DNA of 62,295 nucleotides, the filler included, from a bacterium (GTDB lineage Bacteria; JALSQH01): the NCBI GenBank assembly GCA_027004335.1. It is 10 parts of 10 records of this genome, joined end to end, with 100 filler letters (N's around TTAATTAATTAA, not from the genome) between each part and the next. Parts side by side here need not be neighbours in the genome. Positions count along the whole stretch, not along the records: positions 50,662 to 54,493 come from JALTID010000095.1; positions 54,594 to 58,406 come from JALTID010000096.1; positions 58,507 to 62,295 come from JALTID010000097.1; 7 more parts are not named here. One strand, given 5' to 3'. Below the pieces are notes generated by a model. That model had not been told where the DNA came from. It worked only from the letters and a program-made list of their open reading frames with translations, and searched no databases. This document shows, piece after piece, positions 52,281 to 61,581 of this stretch. The translations under genes were made by a program, and so were the position numbers. The stretch's first letter is position 1. Every line of letters begins with the position of its first letter.

Positions 52281-54407
52281 ATGGGTAAGATTGATCTTTC
52301 TTCTGTGCTAAACTCTAGGCAATTTGAAGCGGTCACCGTTATAGATGGTCCTGTCCTTGTCCTGGCAGGTGCTGGTAGTGGCAAAACGAGGGTTATAACT
52401 TACAGGGTTTATTATTTGATTGCTGAAAAGGGGATGTCCCCTGCCAGTATTCTCGGTGTCACCTTTACAAATAAAGCCGCAGATGAGATGAAGGAAAGGG
52501 TTGTTAATCTTGTGGGAAATGATGCCAGATATGTTAACCTCATGACTTTTCATTCCCTGGGTGCAAAAATTTTAAGAGAAGCAGCTCATCTTATCGGTAT
52601 AGAAAATAATTTTTCCATCTTCGATCAGGAAGATCAAAAACACGCTGTTAAGGAGGTGTTAAAAGCGAAGGGATTGAGCAGAGATTACTATGATCCAGCA
52701 GTAGTAGTGGGCATGATAAGTAATTTCAAAGGAGAAGGTCTTGCCCCCGATGATCTTGTGGGAGAGGATATTGATCCAAATATTATTGAGATTTACAGAA
52801 ATTATGATGAGCTACTGAGGAAAAATAATGCTCTGGATTTCGGAGATCTTCTACTTAAAACTTACCAGTTATTTCTGGAAAAAGAGGGGGTTCTCCGTTT
52901 CTATCAGGAAACTTTTAGGTACATAATGGTTGATGAATTTCAGGATACCAACTGGATTCAATATGAACTGATAAAACTTTTATCTGCCTCACACAGAAAC
53001 ATTTTTGTAGTAGGAGATGATGATCAGACTATCTACTCATGGAGAGGGGCGAAGCCCGAGAACGTATTTAGATTTGTTGAGGATTTTGAAGGTGCAAAGA
53101 TCGTGAAACTAGAGGAGAATTACAGGTCTACATCACGGATATTAAAGGTTGCTAATGAGATAATAGCTAAAAATAACAAAAGAATGGGCAAAATGCTCTG
53201 GACAAAGAATCCCGATGGTGAATATCCTGTTATTATGGGGCATTCTGACGAAGTTAAAGAAGCCCGGTGGGTGATAAGGAGAATCAAGGACCTTCTCAGA
53301 GAAGGTTATGAACCGGGCGAGATAGCTGTTTTTTACAGAGTTAATTATCAGTCCAGAGTAATTGAGGAGGAGCTTGTCAGCGAAAAGATCCCCTATCAGG
53401 TTGTAGGCGGATTTAAATTTTACGACAGAAAGGAGACAAAGGATATCCTTTCCTACCTCAGGCTCATAAATAATCCTCTTGATCAGGTTAGTTTCAGCAG
53501 AATAATTGATGTTCCTCCCAGAGGAATAGGGAAAAAGAGTGTGAGTAAGCTCAGAGAGATTGCTGAAAGGGAATCTCTCTCTCCGTGGGAGGCAGTGAAG
53601 TACGCGATTGAGTCAGGTAACCCGCTTGGTAAGAGGTTTTTATCTTTTTACAATTTGATTTCCTACTATATGGAAGAAAAAGACAATATGAATGTATATG
53701 ACCTGATTGTTCAACTTGTTAGCGACATTGAATATGAGAATTACCTCTACAAACTTGAGCCCCGTGAAGCAGAGGGGAAAACGGCAAATGTGATGGAACT
53801 CATCAATTCTGTTAAATCCTTTACTGAATTGGATTCAGAGGCAACTCTCCAGAGGTACCTTGAAAGAGTGGCTCTTATAAGTGACGCAGATACTCTGAAG
53901 AATGATAACGCAGTTTCTCTGATGACACTTCACACTTCAAAGGGCCTTGAATTCCCTGTGGTGTTTATTGTGGGTGTAAATGACGGATTACTACCTCATG
54001 CAAAATCCAGATTCTCCGATGACGAAATGGAGGAAGAAAGAAGGCTTTTTTATGTTGGAATAACAAGGGCTAAAGAAAAGTTGTTTTTTTCTTTTTCTAA
54101 ATTCAGAAGAGTTTATGGAGGGATTCAGGAGTTTTCTCCTTCTCTCTTTCTTAAAGAGTTACCCCGTGAAATTGGGAGGATATCAGGAGAAGCTGAAGGA
54201 GGAGATTTTAAGAAGAAGAACTTTCTTAATTCAGGTGATTCTGTTAAGAAGGAGAGTGTAATAAAGAAAGGAACTGTGATTGAACATCCCAGGTGGGGAA
54301 AAGGCGTGGTCTTCTCCGTGGAGGGTGGAAGAGTAAAAGTTTTTTTTGAAGATGTGGGAGAAAAACTTCTTGCATTAGAATTTGTTGAAAAATTTGTAAA
54401 AAAGTAA
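52281..54407 (+). CDS. pcrA: UvrD/PcrA superfamily I helicase
   Basis: AGAGSGKT, TFTNKAA, VDEFQD, LEENYRST, KGLEF, EERRLFYVGITRA, and a C-terminal HPRWGKG Tudor-like domain. Confidence 0.93.
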   Translation: MGKIDLSSVLNSRQFEAVTVIDGPVLVLAGAGSGKTRVITYRVYYLIAEKGMSPASILGVTFTNKAADEMKERVVNLVGNDARYVNLMTFHSLGAKILREAAHLIGIENNFSIFDQEDQKHAVKEVLKAKGLSRDYYDPAVVVGMISNFKGEGLAPDDLVGEDIDPNIIEIYRNYDELLRKNNALDFGDLLLKTYQLFLEKEGVLRFYQETFRYIMVDEFQDTNWIQYELIKLLSASHRNIFVVGDDDQTIYSWRGAKPENVFRFVEDFEGAKIVKLEENYRSTSRILKVANEIIAKNNKRMGKMLWTKNPDGEYPVIMGHSDEVKEARWVIRRIKDLLREGYEPGEIAVFYRVNYQSRVIEEELVSEKIPYQVVGGFKFYDRKETKDILSYLRLINNPLDQVSFSRIIDVPPRGIGKKSVSKLREIAERESLSPWEAVKYAIESGNPLGKRFLSFYNLISYYMEEKDNMNVYDLIVQLVSDIEYENYLYKLEPREAEGKTANVMELINSVKSFTELDSEATLQRYLERVALISDADTLKNDNAVSLMTLHTSKGLEFPVVFIVGVNDGLLPHAKSRFSDDEMEEERRLFYVGITRAKEKLFFSFSKFRRVYGGIQEFSPSLFLKELPREIGRISGEAEGGDFKKKNFLNSGDSVKKESVIKKGTVIEHPRWGKGVVFSVEGGRVKVFFEDVGEKLLALEFVEKFVKK

Positions 54408-54901
54408 TAAAATTTTCCTGTGAAAAAGTTTGTAGGGTATTTTTTATTAATTTATTTTTCATTCTTTGTTTTTCTTATTTCTCTTTCCCATGCNNNNNNN
54501 NNNNNNNNNNNNNNNNNNNNNNNNNNNNNNNNNNNNNTTAATTAATTAANNNNNNNNNNNNNNNNNNNNNNNNNNNNNNNNNNNNNNNNNNNNGGATATT
54601 AGTTCCGGGAAAATAAATGAAAAAGAGGTAAAACCAGGAGCTTTGGTTTCAATTAGATTCAGATATGGAATATTACGAATCTACAGAGAGAAAACAGGAT
54701 ACTCTGTAAAGTTAGTAAGTGTTCTGGAATAGATTTAGTTGAACTAGGAGGGGGAGCTCTTTCTTGCAACTCTTAAACAAAATTAATTATCCTGCTTAAA
54801 CTATGATCGCTTCAGTTGAGTATTTCTGAGGAAAGGAATTTTCTTGACAGGAGGGGAATTATCTCCTATTATTACAGAAAAATAGATGTACTTTTGAGAT
54901 C

Positions 54902-55741
54902 ATGAAGTGGTTTTTGAGAAAAATTGTTTACATTTTCTTTTTTTCTACCCCTTTTATTTTTGCATCCTGTGCCACAACAAATCGCTCATCTGCTCAGATT
55001 TATGATTTAAAGCAGCAGGTTATGGACCTTCAGAGAAGTAATGCTCTCCTTCAGGGCAGAGTTGAGCAGCTTGAAAGGAAAACTTATTTACTAAATTTAA
55101 TGCAGGATAGAATAGAGGATCTTTCTCTAAAAGTGGATAGTCTTTCTCAGAAGATAAAAAAAGAAAGGAAGCTAATGGTGGAAAAACCCTGTCCGGAAAA
55201 ATCGAAGGTTGTTTCTCAACCTTCGTCACAACCTACGGCTGCTCCTGCCACAACCATTGAGGTTTCTTCCTCTCCTCCACAGGCAGAAGAAGTTAATAGT
55301 GGTGAATCACCTGTTCCATTGAACCCCAGGCTTGACTTAAAAGGAGTAGATGCTGATAGTCCGGAAAATATCTATTCTGCTGCTATGAGATATTTGAAAA
55401 AGAAAGATTATGATAGAGCAGCGGGTCTCTTTTTATATCTTGTCCAGAGGTTTCCCAAAAGTGATCTTGCTGATAATGCTCTATACTGGACTGGAGAATG
55501 TTACTATGCCACTCACAATTATGGGAATGCGATAAAATATTTTGATATGGTTCTCAATAATTATCCTGATGGAAATAAGGTACCGGATAGCATGTTAAAA
55601 ATTGCCTTCTCTTATGGTAAAATGAATAAAAGAGAGAAGGAAGTTGAATACTTGAAAATGGTGATAAACAATTATCCATGGAGCAGTCCAGCAAAGATTG
55701 CAAAAACGAGATTAAAAGAAATAACCGGGGGTAGCCAATGA
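54902..55741 (+). CDS. CpoB/YbgF-like TPR lipoprotein
   Basis: FASC lipobox, coiled coil, and ADNALYWTGECYY and YPDGNKVPDSMLK motifs. Confidence 0.88.
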   Translation: MKWFLRKIVYIFFFSTPFIFASCATTNRSSAQIYDLKQQVMDLQRSNALLQGRVEQLERKTYLLNLMQDRIEDLSLKVDSLSQKIKKERKLMVEKPCPEKSKVVSQPSSQPTAAPATTIEVSSSPPQAEEVNSGESPVPLNPRLDLKGVDADSPENIYSAAMRYLKKKDYDRAAGLFLYLVQRFPKSDLADNALYWTGECYYATHNYGNAIKYFDMVLNNYPDGNKVPDSMLKIAFSYGKMNKREKEVEYLKMVINNYPWSSPAKIAKTRLKEITGGSQ

Positions 55742-57000
55742 AAAAATTTCTACTTTTTGCAGGCATCTTGTTTTTATTTTCTACTTTACTTTATGGAGAG
55801 AATGCTAATGAGGGGGGGGAAGTGTATATTATCCAGAGAGGTGATACCCTCTGGGATCTGGCACAGCAGTTTTACCACAACCCCTGGTTGTGGCCAAGAT
55901 TATGGGAGGCGAATCCATATATTGAAAATCCACATCTAATCTTTCCGGGAAAGCCGTTAGCGGTTCCCAAAATTTTGCCTGGTCCTCCTCCTGCAATCAA
56001 AACCGCTCAAGCTGCACCAGTGTCTACAACGGCACCAGTGCCTTCAGCAGCACCAGTGTCTACAACGGCACCAGTGCCTTCAGCAGCACCTGCTCCCTCA
56101 ACAGCACCATCAATGAAATACTTAAGACCTGCTACTGGTGTGACTGTTCCTCCTCCTGTAGAACAGGTTGCAAAGCCTCTTCCAGGAGAGAGAATTCCCC
56201 AGGTACCTCCCTCTCCACAGATCAAGCAGCCTACAATGCCTCAGCAGGTGAATACCTTACCTGAGGAAATTGAAGAGCCTACAATTCAGACAATTGTTCT
56301 TCCGCAGCCGAAGCCAATCCATTATTTTGTGAGGATTGGGTCAGAAGGATTTATCTCAAAGTATGAATTGAGGTCTTATGGGAAAATTACCGCCTCTGAT
56401 TCCGAAAAGGTTCTCTATTCTCAGGGGGATTATGTTTACATAAATATGGGTGAGAGTGCAGGGGTTATTTCGGGAGATAAGTTCACTGTTTTTGAAGTTC
56501 AATCCCCTGTATATTCGCCAAGATATAAAAGGAAGATCGGTTATCTTGTCAGAGTGAAAGGGTTTCTTGAAGTTAAAGAGGTTTACAAGGATATTTCCAA
56601 GGCATTGATAATTCAATCTTTTGACGCAATTATGATCGGTGACTCTATCAACCCTTACGAGAGATTCCCTCATCATATAGAAGTTAAAAAGTCTGAGGCC
56701 AATGCGAAGGGATATATTATAGGTATAATGGATAATAAAGATGCAGCAGGTGAAGGAGACATAGTCTATTGTGATATTGGTAAGAAAGATGGGGTAGAGA
56801 TAGGAAATGTTGTGGAAATATATGAGCCGGCCAGAGAGGTATATGATCCCACCAAGGGTATTAAAGAACATATTCCTCCATTACTTGTTGGTAAAGCTGT
56901 CATGTTAAGTACGCAGGAAGGAACATCTGTGGGACTGATTTTTAGAAGTTATCGTGAAATTTACAAAGATTACGGTGTAAGGCTTGTATCCGAGTATTAA
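55738..57000 (+). CDS. LysM-domain protein, TsaP-like (secretin-associated)
   Basis: YIIQRGDTLWDLA...NPWLWPRLWEANPYIENPHLIFPG LysM, Pro/Ala linker, and beta-rich C-domains with GDYVY and GDIVY.D.G..DG. Confidence 0.8.
   Translation: MKKFLLFAGILFLFSTLLYGENANEGGEVYIIQRGDTLWDLAQQFYHNPWLWPRLWEANPYIENPHLIFPGKPLAVPKILPGPPPAIKTAQAAPVSTTAPVPSAAPVSTTAPVPSAAPAPSTAPSMKYLRPATGVTVPPPVEQVAKPLPGERIPQVPPSPQIKQPTMPQQVNTLPEEIEEPTIQTIVLPQPKPIHYFVRIGSEGFISKYELRSYGKITASDSEKVLYSQGDYVYINMGESAGVISGDKFTVFEVQSPVYSPRYKRKIGYLVRVKGFLEVKEVYKDISKALIIQSFDAIMIGDSINPYERFPHHIEVKKSEANAKGYIIGIMDNKDAAGEGDIVYCDIGKKDGVEIGNVVEIYEPAREVYDPTKGIKEHIPPLLVGKAVMLSTQEGTSVGLIFRSYREIYKDYGVRLVSEY
56014..56090 (+). repeat. Exact 36-bp tandem duplication encoding (APVSTTAPVPSA)2
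   Basis: GCACCAGTGTCTACAACGGCACCAGTGCCTTCAGCA at 56014-56049 and 56050-56085, plus a partial third copy. Confidence 0.95.
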
Positions 57001-57024
57001 AAAAGGGGCGTCAGCCCCTTTTTT
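56999..57024. terminator. Bidirectional Rho-independent terminator
   Basis: AAAAAAGGGGC-GTCA-GCCCCTTTTTT between the convergent LysM gene and dapA. Confidence 0.88.
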
Positions 57025-57898
57025 AGTACATTAATCCATATTCTCTCATCACCTTGATAAGTTCAAGTTTATGATCTGAGGTCATCTCCATTAATGGGAG
57101 TCTGTATTCCAGCTTTATTTTGTCCATTAGAACCAGCGCCTGTTTTACCGGTATAGGATTTGTTTCAATAAAGATGGCCTTAATAAGAGGAAACATTTTT
57201 AAGTGTAATTCTCTTGCTGTTTTCATGTCATTATTATTGATAGCTTCAACCATTTTTACCATATCTCCTGGAATTATGTTTGCTACAGCTGAAATTACAC
57301 CATGACCACCAACAGCCATTATAGGCAGAGTTAAGCTGTCATCCCCTGATAGGATCACAAAATCATCCGGACAGCTTCTTACAAGTGAAGTAGCCATATC
57401 CAGAGAACCAGTTGCATCTTTTACACCTACAATATTTTTTATCTCAGCTAATTTGCAGATGGTGTCTATTTCAATTTTTCTCGCAGTTCTACTTGGAATA
57501 TTGTAGAGGATAAGGGGTAAATCAGTTGCCTCCGCTATTGTTTTGAAATGCTGGTATAGGCCTCTCTGGGTAGGTTTGTTATAGTAAGGAGTTATGAGAA
57601 GAGCTCCATCAGCGCCAACTTCTTCTGCCTTTTTAGTGAGTTCAACAGCTTCTCTTGTAGAATTGGAACCTGTACCTGCTATTACTTTTATCTTTCCCTC
57701 TGCATACTCTATGCTTGCCTTTATGAGATCGATGTGCTCGTCATAACTTAGTGTTGCAGATTCTCCAGTTGTGCCACAGGGAACAATACCATTTACCCCT
57801 GCTTTTATCTGATCTTTTACGAGATTTTTGTATGCCTCCCAATCAATTTTTCCGTTTTTAAAAGGGGTTACAATAGCTGTGTAGACTCCTTTAAACAT
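57023..57898 (-). CDS. dapA: 4-hydroxy-tetrahydrodipicolinate synthase
   Basis: Start at ATG 57898 after GGAGG. GTTGES, PYYNKP, YNIPSRT, GVKDA and ETNPIPVK motifs. Confidence 0.97.
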   Translation of the reverse strand: MFKGVYTAIVTPFKNGKIDWEAYKNLVKDQIKAGVNGIVPCGTTGESATLSYDEHIDLIKASIEYAEGKIKVIAGTGSNSTREAVELTKKAEEVGADGALLITPYYNKPTQRGLYQHFKTIAEATDLPLILYNIPSRTARKIEIDTICKLAEIKNIVGVKDATGSLDMATSLVRSCPDDFVILSGDDSLTLPIMAVGGHGVISAVANIIPGDMVKMVEAINNNDMKTARELHLKMFPLIKAIFIETNPIPVKQALVLMDKIKLEYRLPLMEMTSDHKLELIKVMREYGLMY

Positions 57899-58406
57899 CT
57901 TTTCCTCCTTTTTCAAATTCTTGTGTATCAAAAAAACCATGGAAAACTTCTTCAGCAGGTCCATAGAGGTAAACATGGTTGTTTTCTTCATTCCTTTCCA
58001 CTTCTAAATCTCCTCCTCTAAGATGAAGTTTTACCCTTGGTCCTTTCACCCAGTTATTTAAAATTGCAGCTACAGTGGATGCACTGGCTCCTGTGCCACA
58101 TGCCAGAGTTTCTCCAGCTCCTCTTTCCCAGACCCTCATTTTTAGTTCGTTATTTCCTATGATTTCAATGAATTCTGTATTCACCCGGTTCGGGAAAAAG
58201 GGATGATATTCAAAACCTGGACCAATTTTTTCAAGGTCAAGAGAATCTACATCCTCTATCAATGTAACTGCGTGAGGATTGCCCATGGAGACAGCCGTGA
58301 TTTTCCAGATTTTTCCATTTACTTCTAATGGATAATCTTTTATGATTCCGTTCTCTCCTGCAGGAATTTTTTCTCCCTCACGGATAGGTTCTCCCATATC
58401 TACTTT
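57891..58406 (-). CDS. dapF: Diaminopimelate epimerase (5' truncated)
   Basis: SMGNPH, FPNRVNTEF and RVWERGAGETLACGTGA motifs. Confidence 0.96.
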   Translation of the reverse strand, partial: KVDMGEPIREGEKIPAGENGIIKDYPLEVNGKIWKITAVSMGNPHAVTLIEDVDSLDLEKIGPGFEYHPFFPNRVNTEFIEIIGNNELKMRVWERGAGETLACGTGASASTVAAILNNWVKGPRVKLHLRGGDLEVERNEENNHVYLYGPAEEVFHGFFDTQEFEKGGKDV

Positions 58407-58564
58407 NNNNNNNNNNNNNNNNNNNNNNNNNNNNNNNNNNNNNNNNNNNNTTAATTAATTAANNNNNNNNNNNNNNNNNNNNNNNNNNNNNNNNNNNNNN
58501 NNNNNNATGCTCAAGCGTATTAATTAGAAAACTGTCAGATGCCAGCGGATTATCGATAAAGTAG

Positions 58565-58849
58565 TTGTCTGAAAAAAAAGTTTTCCCTTTTGTGAGGATA
58601 TATACTGTTTTTATGATGTCTTTCCAGTCTCTCTGGTCTTTTACCATTGCCTCCAGGAGCAGAGATCCAGTGGAATTTTCTGAGGATGAATTCAGGAAGG
58701 TTGTCTCAAAGAGAAGTCTAAATTTAAAATTTTTCTACCCAGATTATCTTAGAAGGATGTACACTCTTCCATACTACCTTGTGGAGGATCTGAAAAAGCC
58801 CGGTATAATCAGTACTGATGAGAAACCATTTATCTGGGAGAAAGGATGA
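58565..58849 (+). pseudogene. 3' fragment of a polyamine aminopropyltransferase paralogue
   Basis: KKVFPFVRIY...SF...WSFTIAS...LKFF...MYTLP SpeE C-terminus. In-frame TAG at 58562-58564, and no open frame reaches the contig start. Confidence 0.6.
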
Positions 58850-59668
58850 ATGGAACTCTGGTTCACAGAGAAATACAATGATGTGGCTGGACTTACGATA
58901 AGGGTATCTTCACATCTGCACCATTCTAAATCAAATTTTCAGGAAATTGATGTTTTTGATTCACAGGGATTTGGTAGGATCCTGGTCCTAGATGGGCTCA
59001 TTATGCTCACTGAAAGGGATGAGTTTATCTATCACGAAACACTTGTCCATCCTGCTATGGTTATGGCTGATAGAGTAGAAAAGGTTCTCGTTGTTGGAGG
59101 AGGTGATGGTGGCAGCACAAGGGAGGTGCTAAAATACAGCGATGTTGAAAAAATAACCGTTGTAGAAATTGACAGAGAGGTTATTGAAGTTTGCAGGAAA
59201 TTTTTCCCATCCCTTTCAGATTCATTCTCCTCTGAGAAAGTACAGATTATCAACAGAGATATTACGGATTATATAAAAAATTGCTCCGAAAAATATGATG
59301 TGATCATACTTGATACCTCTGATCCAGTGGGTCCTGCTAAGTCACTTTACACAGAAGATTTTTACAGAAAGCTGAATAATTGCCTGGATAAGGGTGGAAC
59401 TATTTCCATTCAGAGTGAATCTCCATGGTGGCAGGAAACAATGGTAAAACAACTGTCATCTTTTCTAAAAAAATTTTTTCCTCATACAAAATATTATACC
59501 GCTCCAGTTCTTTCCTATCCAGGTGGCCTCTGGCTCTTCTCCCTCGTTTCAGAAAGAGAAGTGAATGGAAATTTTAACCGGGAGCTACCGGAAGAATTGA
59601 AATTTGTAGATGCAGATTTTATAAAGAATTACTCCCTCCCCCCATTCATAAGGGATTTACTCGCCTAA
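58850..59668 (+). CDS. speE: Spermidine synthase / polyamine aminopropyltransferase
   Basis: LWFTE, LDGLIMLTERDEFIYHE, VGGGDGG, VEID, DTSDPVGP and YPGGLW motifs. Confidence 0.95.
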   Translation: MELWFTEKYNDVAGLTIRVSSHLHHSKSNFQEIDVFDSQGFGRILVLDGLIMLTERDEFIYHETLVHPAMVMADRVEKVLVVGGGDGGSTREVLKYSDVEKITVVEIDREVIEVCRKFFPSLSDSFSSEKVQIINRDITDYIKNCSEKYDVIILDTSDPVGPAKSLYTEDFYRKLNNCLDKGGTISIQSESPWWQETMVKQLSSFLKKFFPHTKYYTAPVLSYPGGLWLFSLVSEREVNGNFNRELPEELKFVDADFIKNYSLPPFIRDLLA

Positions 59669-60895
59669 TTTTTCAAGAAATCTCATCTGCTCTGTCCAGC
59701 TTCCATAGAGTTTCCCCTCTCGAGTAAGAGTTCCAAGTATTTTTATATATTTCTGAGGCCATTTCACGGGTTTTTCATTCTCCCATGGCGTTCCCGGTAG
59801 TGGCATGAAATAATGCCCGTGTATCCTCGCCCCCATTTCAAGCAGCTTATATATAAGTTCTATTGTTGCTTCAATATCTTCCTGCTCCTCATCCGGGTTA
59901 CCAAAAATTAAATCCACATTTGCTATTAATCCATGGGAAATTATTATCTCAGTAGCGTTTAAAATGTCATCTATGCTGTGCCCTCTTTTCATTTCTTTGA
60001 GGATCTTTTCACTACCACTCTGAGCTCCCATCACCAGATTATCATTAGCGCAGTATTCTTTTATAAGTTCCACCTTCCCCGGTGTTACATAATCAGGTCT
60101 CACCTCAGAGGGAAATGATCCAATAAAGATCCTTCCCCTCCCTTCAATTTTTTTATAAAGGGATAAGATAAGTGCTCTGAAAGAAGTTTCTTCTCTTGGA
60201 GCAGGATCAAGATATCCAAAGGCATTGGGAGTTATAAATCTAAAGTCCCTATGACCAACTTTAAGGTAGAGGTTCACAATTTCCAGTGTATTTTCAATAC
60301 TTCTATACCTTGGCTTTCTTCCAAAAAGAGCAGGCGTCTGACAGTACTGGCATAGAAAAGGACAGCCTCTTGTTACCTCTATGGAAGGGAAGATTCTGTA
60401 TTTCTTAGAATATCCGGGGGAGGAGTCGAGATCAATTGATAAATCTTGAGGATTACATTTTATGTTGTTATTTTCTTTGTAGCATATCCCAGGGATTTCA
60501 GATAATTCTATTTTGCCTTTAAGGAATAGAATAAATTTTTTAAAGGATTCTTCTCCCTCTCCTCTGAATATAAGGTCAAAGTAATCTTCTTCTAAAAGTT
60601 CCCTGTACCTGCCATCTGGGTGAGGTCCACCGGCAATTAAAAAGGCATTTTTTTCTCTCAATGGCCTGATAAGTTTCTTTACCTGTAGCCATCGGGTAGA
60701 TAGAAATGATATGGCTACTAACGAATTCTCTTCAATTTCAGACAAAAAATTTTTTTTTATAAAAATAGGAATGATATTGTAATCTATTCCCTCTTTTTCA
60801 AGATACCCTGAAAGTGTCGCTATGGCTTTTTTATTCTCTTTAAATCCTGCGAGATAAAGAACAGGATCAGTCCCATGCAACTTCAATTTCAGCAT
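59657..60895 (-). CDS. B12-binding radical SAM protein
   Basis: IAGGPH, GEGE, EVTRGCPFLCQYCQT CxxxCxxC, GSFPSEVRP and HYFMPLPGTP. Start codon uncertain. Confidence 0.9.
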   Translation of the reverse strand: MLKLKLHGTDPVLYLAGFKENKKAIATLSGYLEKEGIDYNIIPIFIKKNFLSEIEENSLVAISFLSTRWLQVKKLIRPLREKNAFLIAGGPHPDGRYRELLEEDYFDLIFRGEGEESFKKFILFLKGKIELSEIPGICYKENNNIKCNPQDLSIDLDSSPGYSKKYRIFPSIEVTRGCPFLCQYCQTPALFGRKPRYRSIENTLEIVNLYLKVGHRDFRFITPNAFGYLDPAPREETSFRALILSLYKKIEGRGRIFIGSFPSEVRPDYVTPGKVELIKEYCANDNLVMGAQSGSEKILKEMKRGHSIDDILNATEIIISHGLIANVDLIFGNPDEEQEDIEATIELIYKLLEMGARIHGHYFMPLPGTPWENEKPVKWPQKYIKILGTLTREGKLYGSWTEQMRFLEKLGE

Positions 60896-61451
60896 AGGGA
60901 ACACCGTCTTTCCACTCACCCCATGAAAGCTTAACAAATCTCGAGTTTTTTGCACCCACCTGCTCAAGAAGGTTCAGTGCCCAGCCAATCCCTCTCTGAG
61001 CAATCACCCAGAGGACCTCTCTGTCATCTCTGGAAAATTCGGTTCCTACTCTGAAGACCCCTGAATTACCACCTATCCGTATGGTTTCACCTCTTCCCCC
61101 ATTGAAAATCTTGGGCATCACAGCTGCCGGTACATATTTTATTACATCCACTGGAGTCTCAATTTTTTTCCCGATCAGATCACTGTAAAGTTTAAATACA
61201 TTTTCCGATGATGAAACTCTTCCCAGTTCTCTGATGAAGCTCCCTTTTCCATTTCCAAAGAGAAAATCTGCAACTTTGTTTACCTCAGTGTAAATTTCTT
61301 TGGAATAGAGAGAACTTGGTAGAAGAAGACCCTCCATAGCTTTTCTCGCATCATCTGAAAGGAGATTCAGGAACTTTTCCCATCCTTCTCTTCCATACTT
61401 CTCAAGGATGACTTCCTTGATTACTTTTAAATTTGTTCCTTTAACATGCAT
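60867..61451 (-). CDS. Hypothetical protein resembling myxobacterial DUF2378 / HNOX-V4R-like small-molecule-binding proteins
   Basis: VKGT...KYGREGWEKFL..L...LLPSSLY...D..FG.G....RELGR pattern, ending in W. Confidence 0.5.
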   Translation of the reverse strand: MHVKGTNLKVIKEVILEKYGREGWEKFLNLLSDDARKAMEGLLLPSSLYSKEIYTEVNKVADFLFGNGKGSFIRELGRVSSSENVFKLYSDLIGKKIETPVDVIKYVPAAVMPKIFNGGRGETIRIGGNSGVFRVGTEFSRDDREVLWVIAQRGIGWALNLLEQVGAKNSRFVKLSWGEWKDGVPYAEIEVAWD

Positions 61452-61547
61452 TTTTTACCCCTCCGGTAATATTATAGTATAAAAATTTCAATAAGTAAAG
61501 GGGGAAGGAGTAGTTTGTACTTTTTATTAAATTTTTTTCAAAATTAA

Positions 61548-61575
61548 TTGTGATATCTATTGTGAGTTGTATAAT
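61548..61575 (+). promoter_or_regulatory. Promoter for a probable leaderless lipase mRNA
   Basis: TTGTGA-16-TATAAT ending 6 nt before ATG 61582, with no SD. Confidence 0.55.
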
Positions 61576-61581
61576 AGTAGC

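Noticed and set aside
54594-54901. Possible ncRNA upstream of the cpoB-like gene
   Set aside because: The first 140 nt are the 3' end of a truncated ORF. The rest shows only a TTGACA promoter-like element and no recognisable RNA motif.
11648-58506. Nine regularly recurring TTAATTAATTAA palindromes flanked by N runs
   Set aside because: These are artificial contig linkers, not a repeat family or CRISPR array. ORFs running into them and gene adjacencies across them are artefacts.
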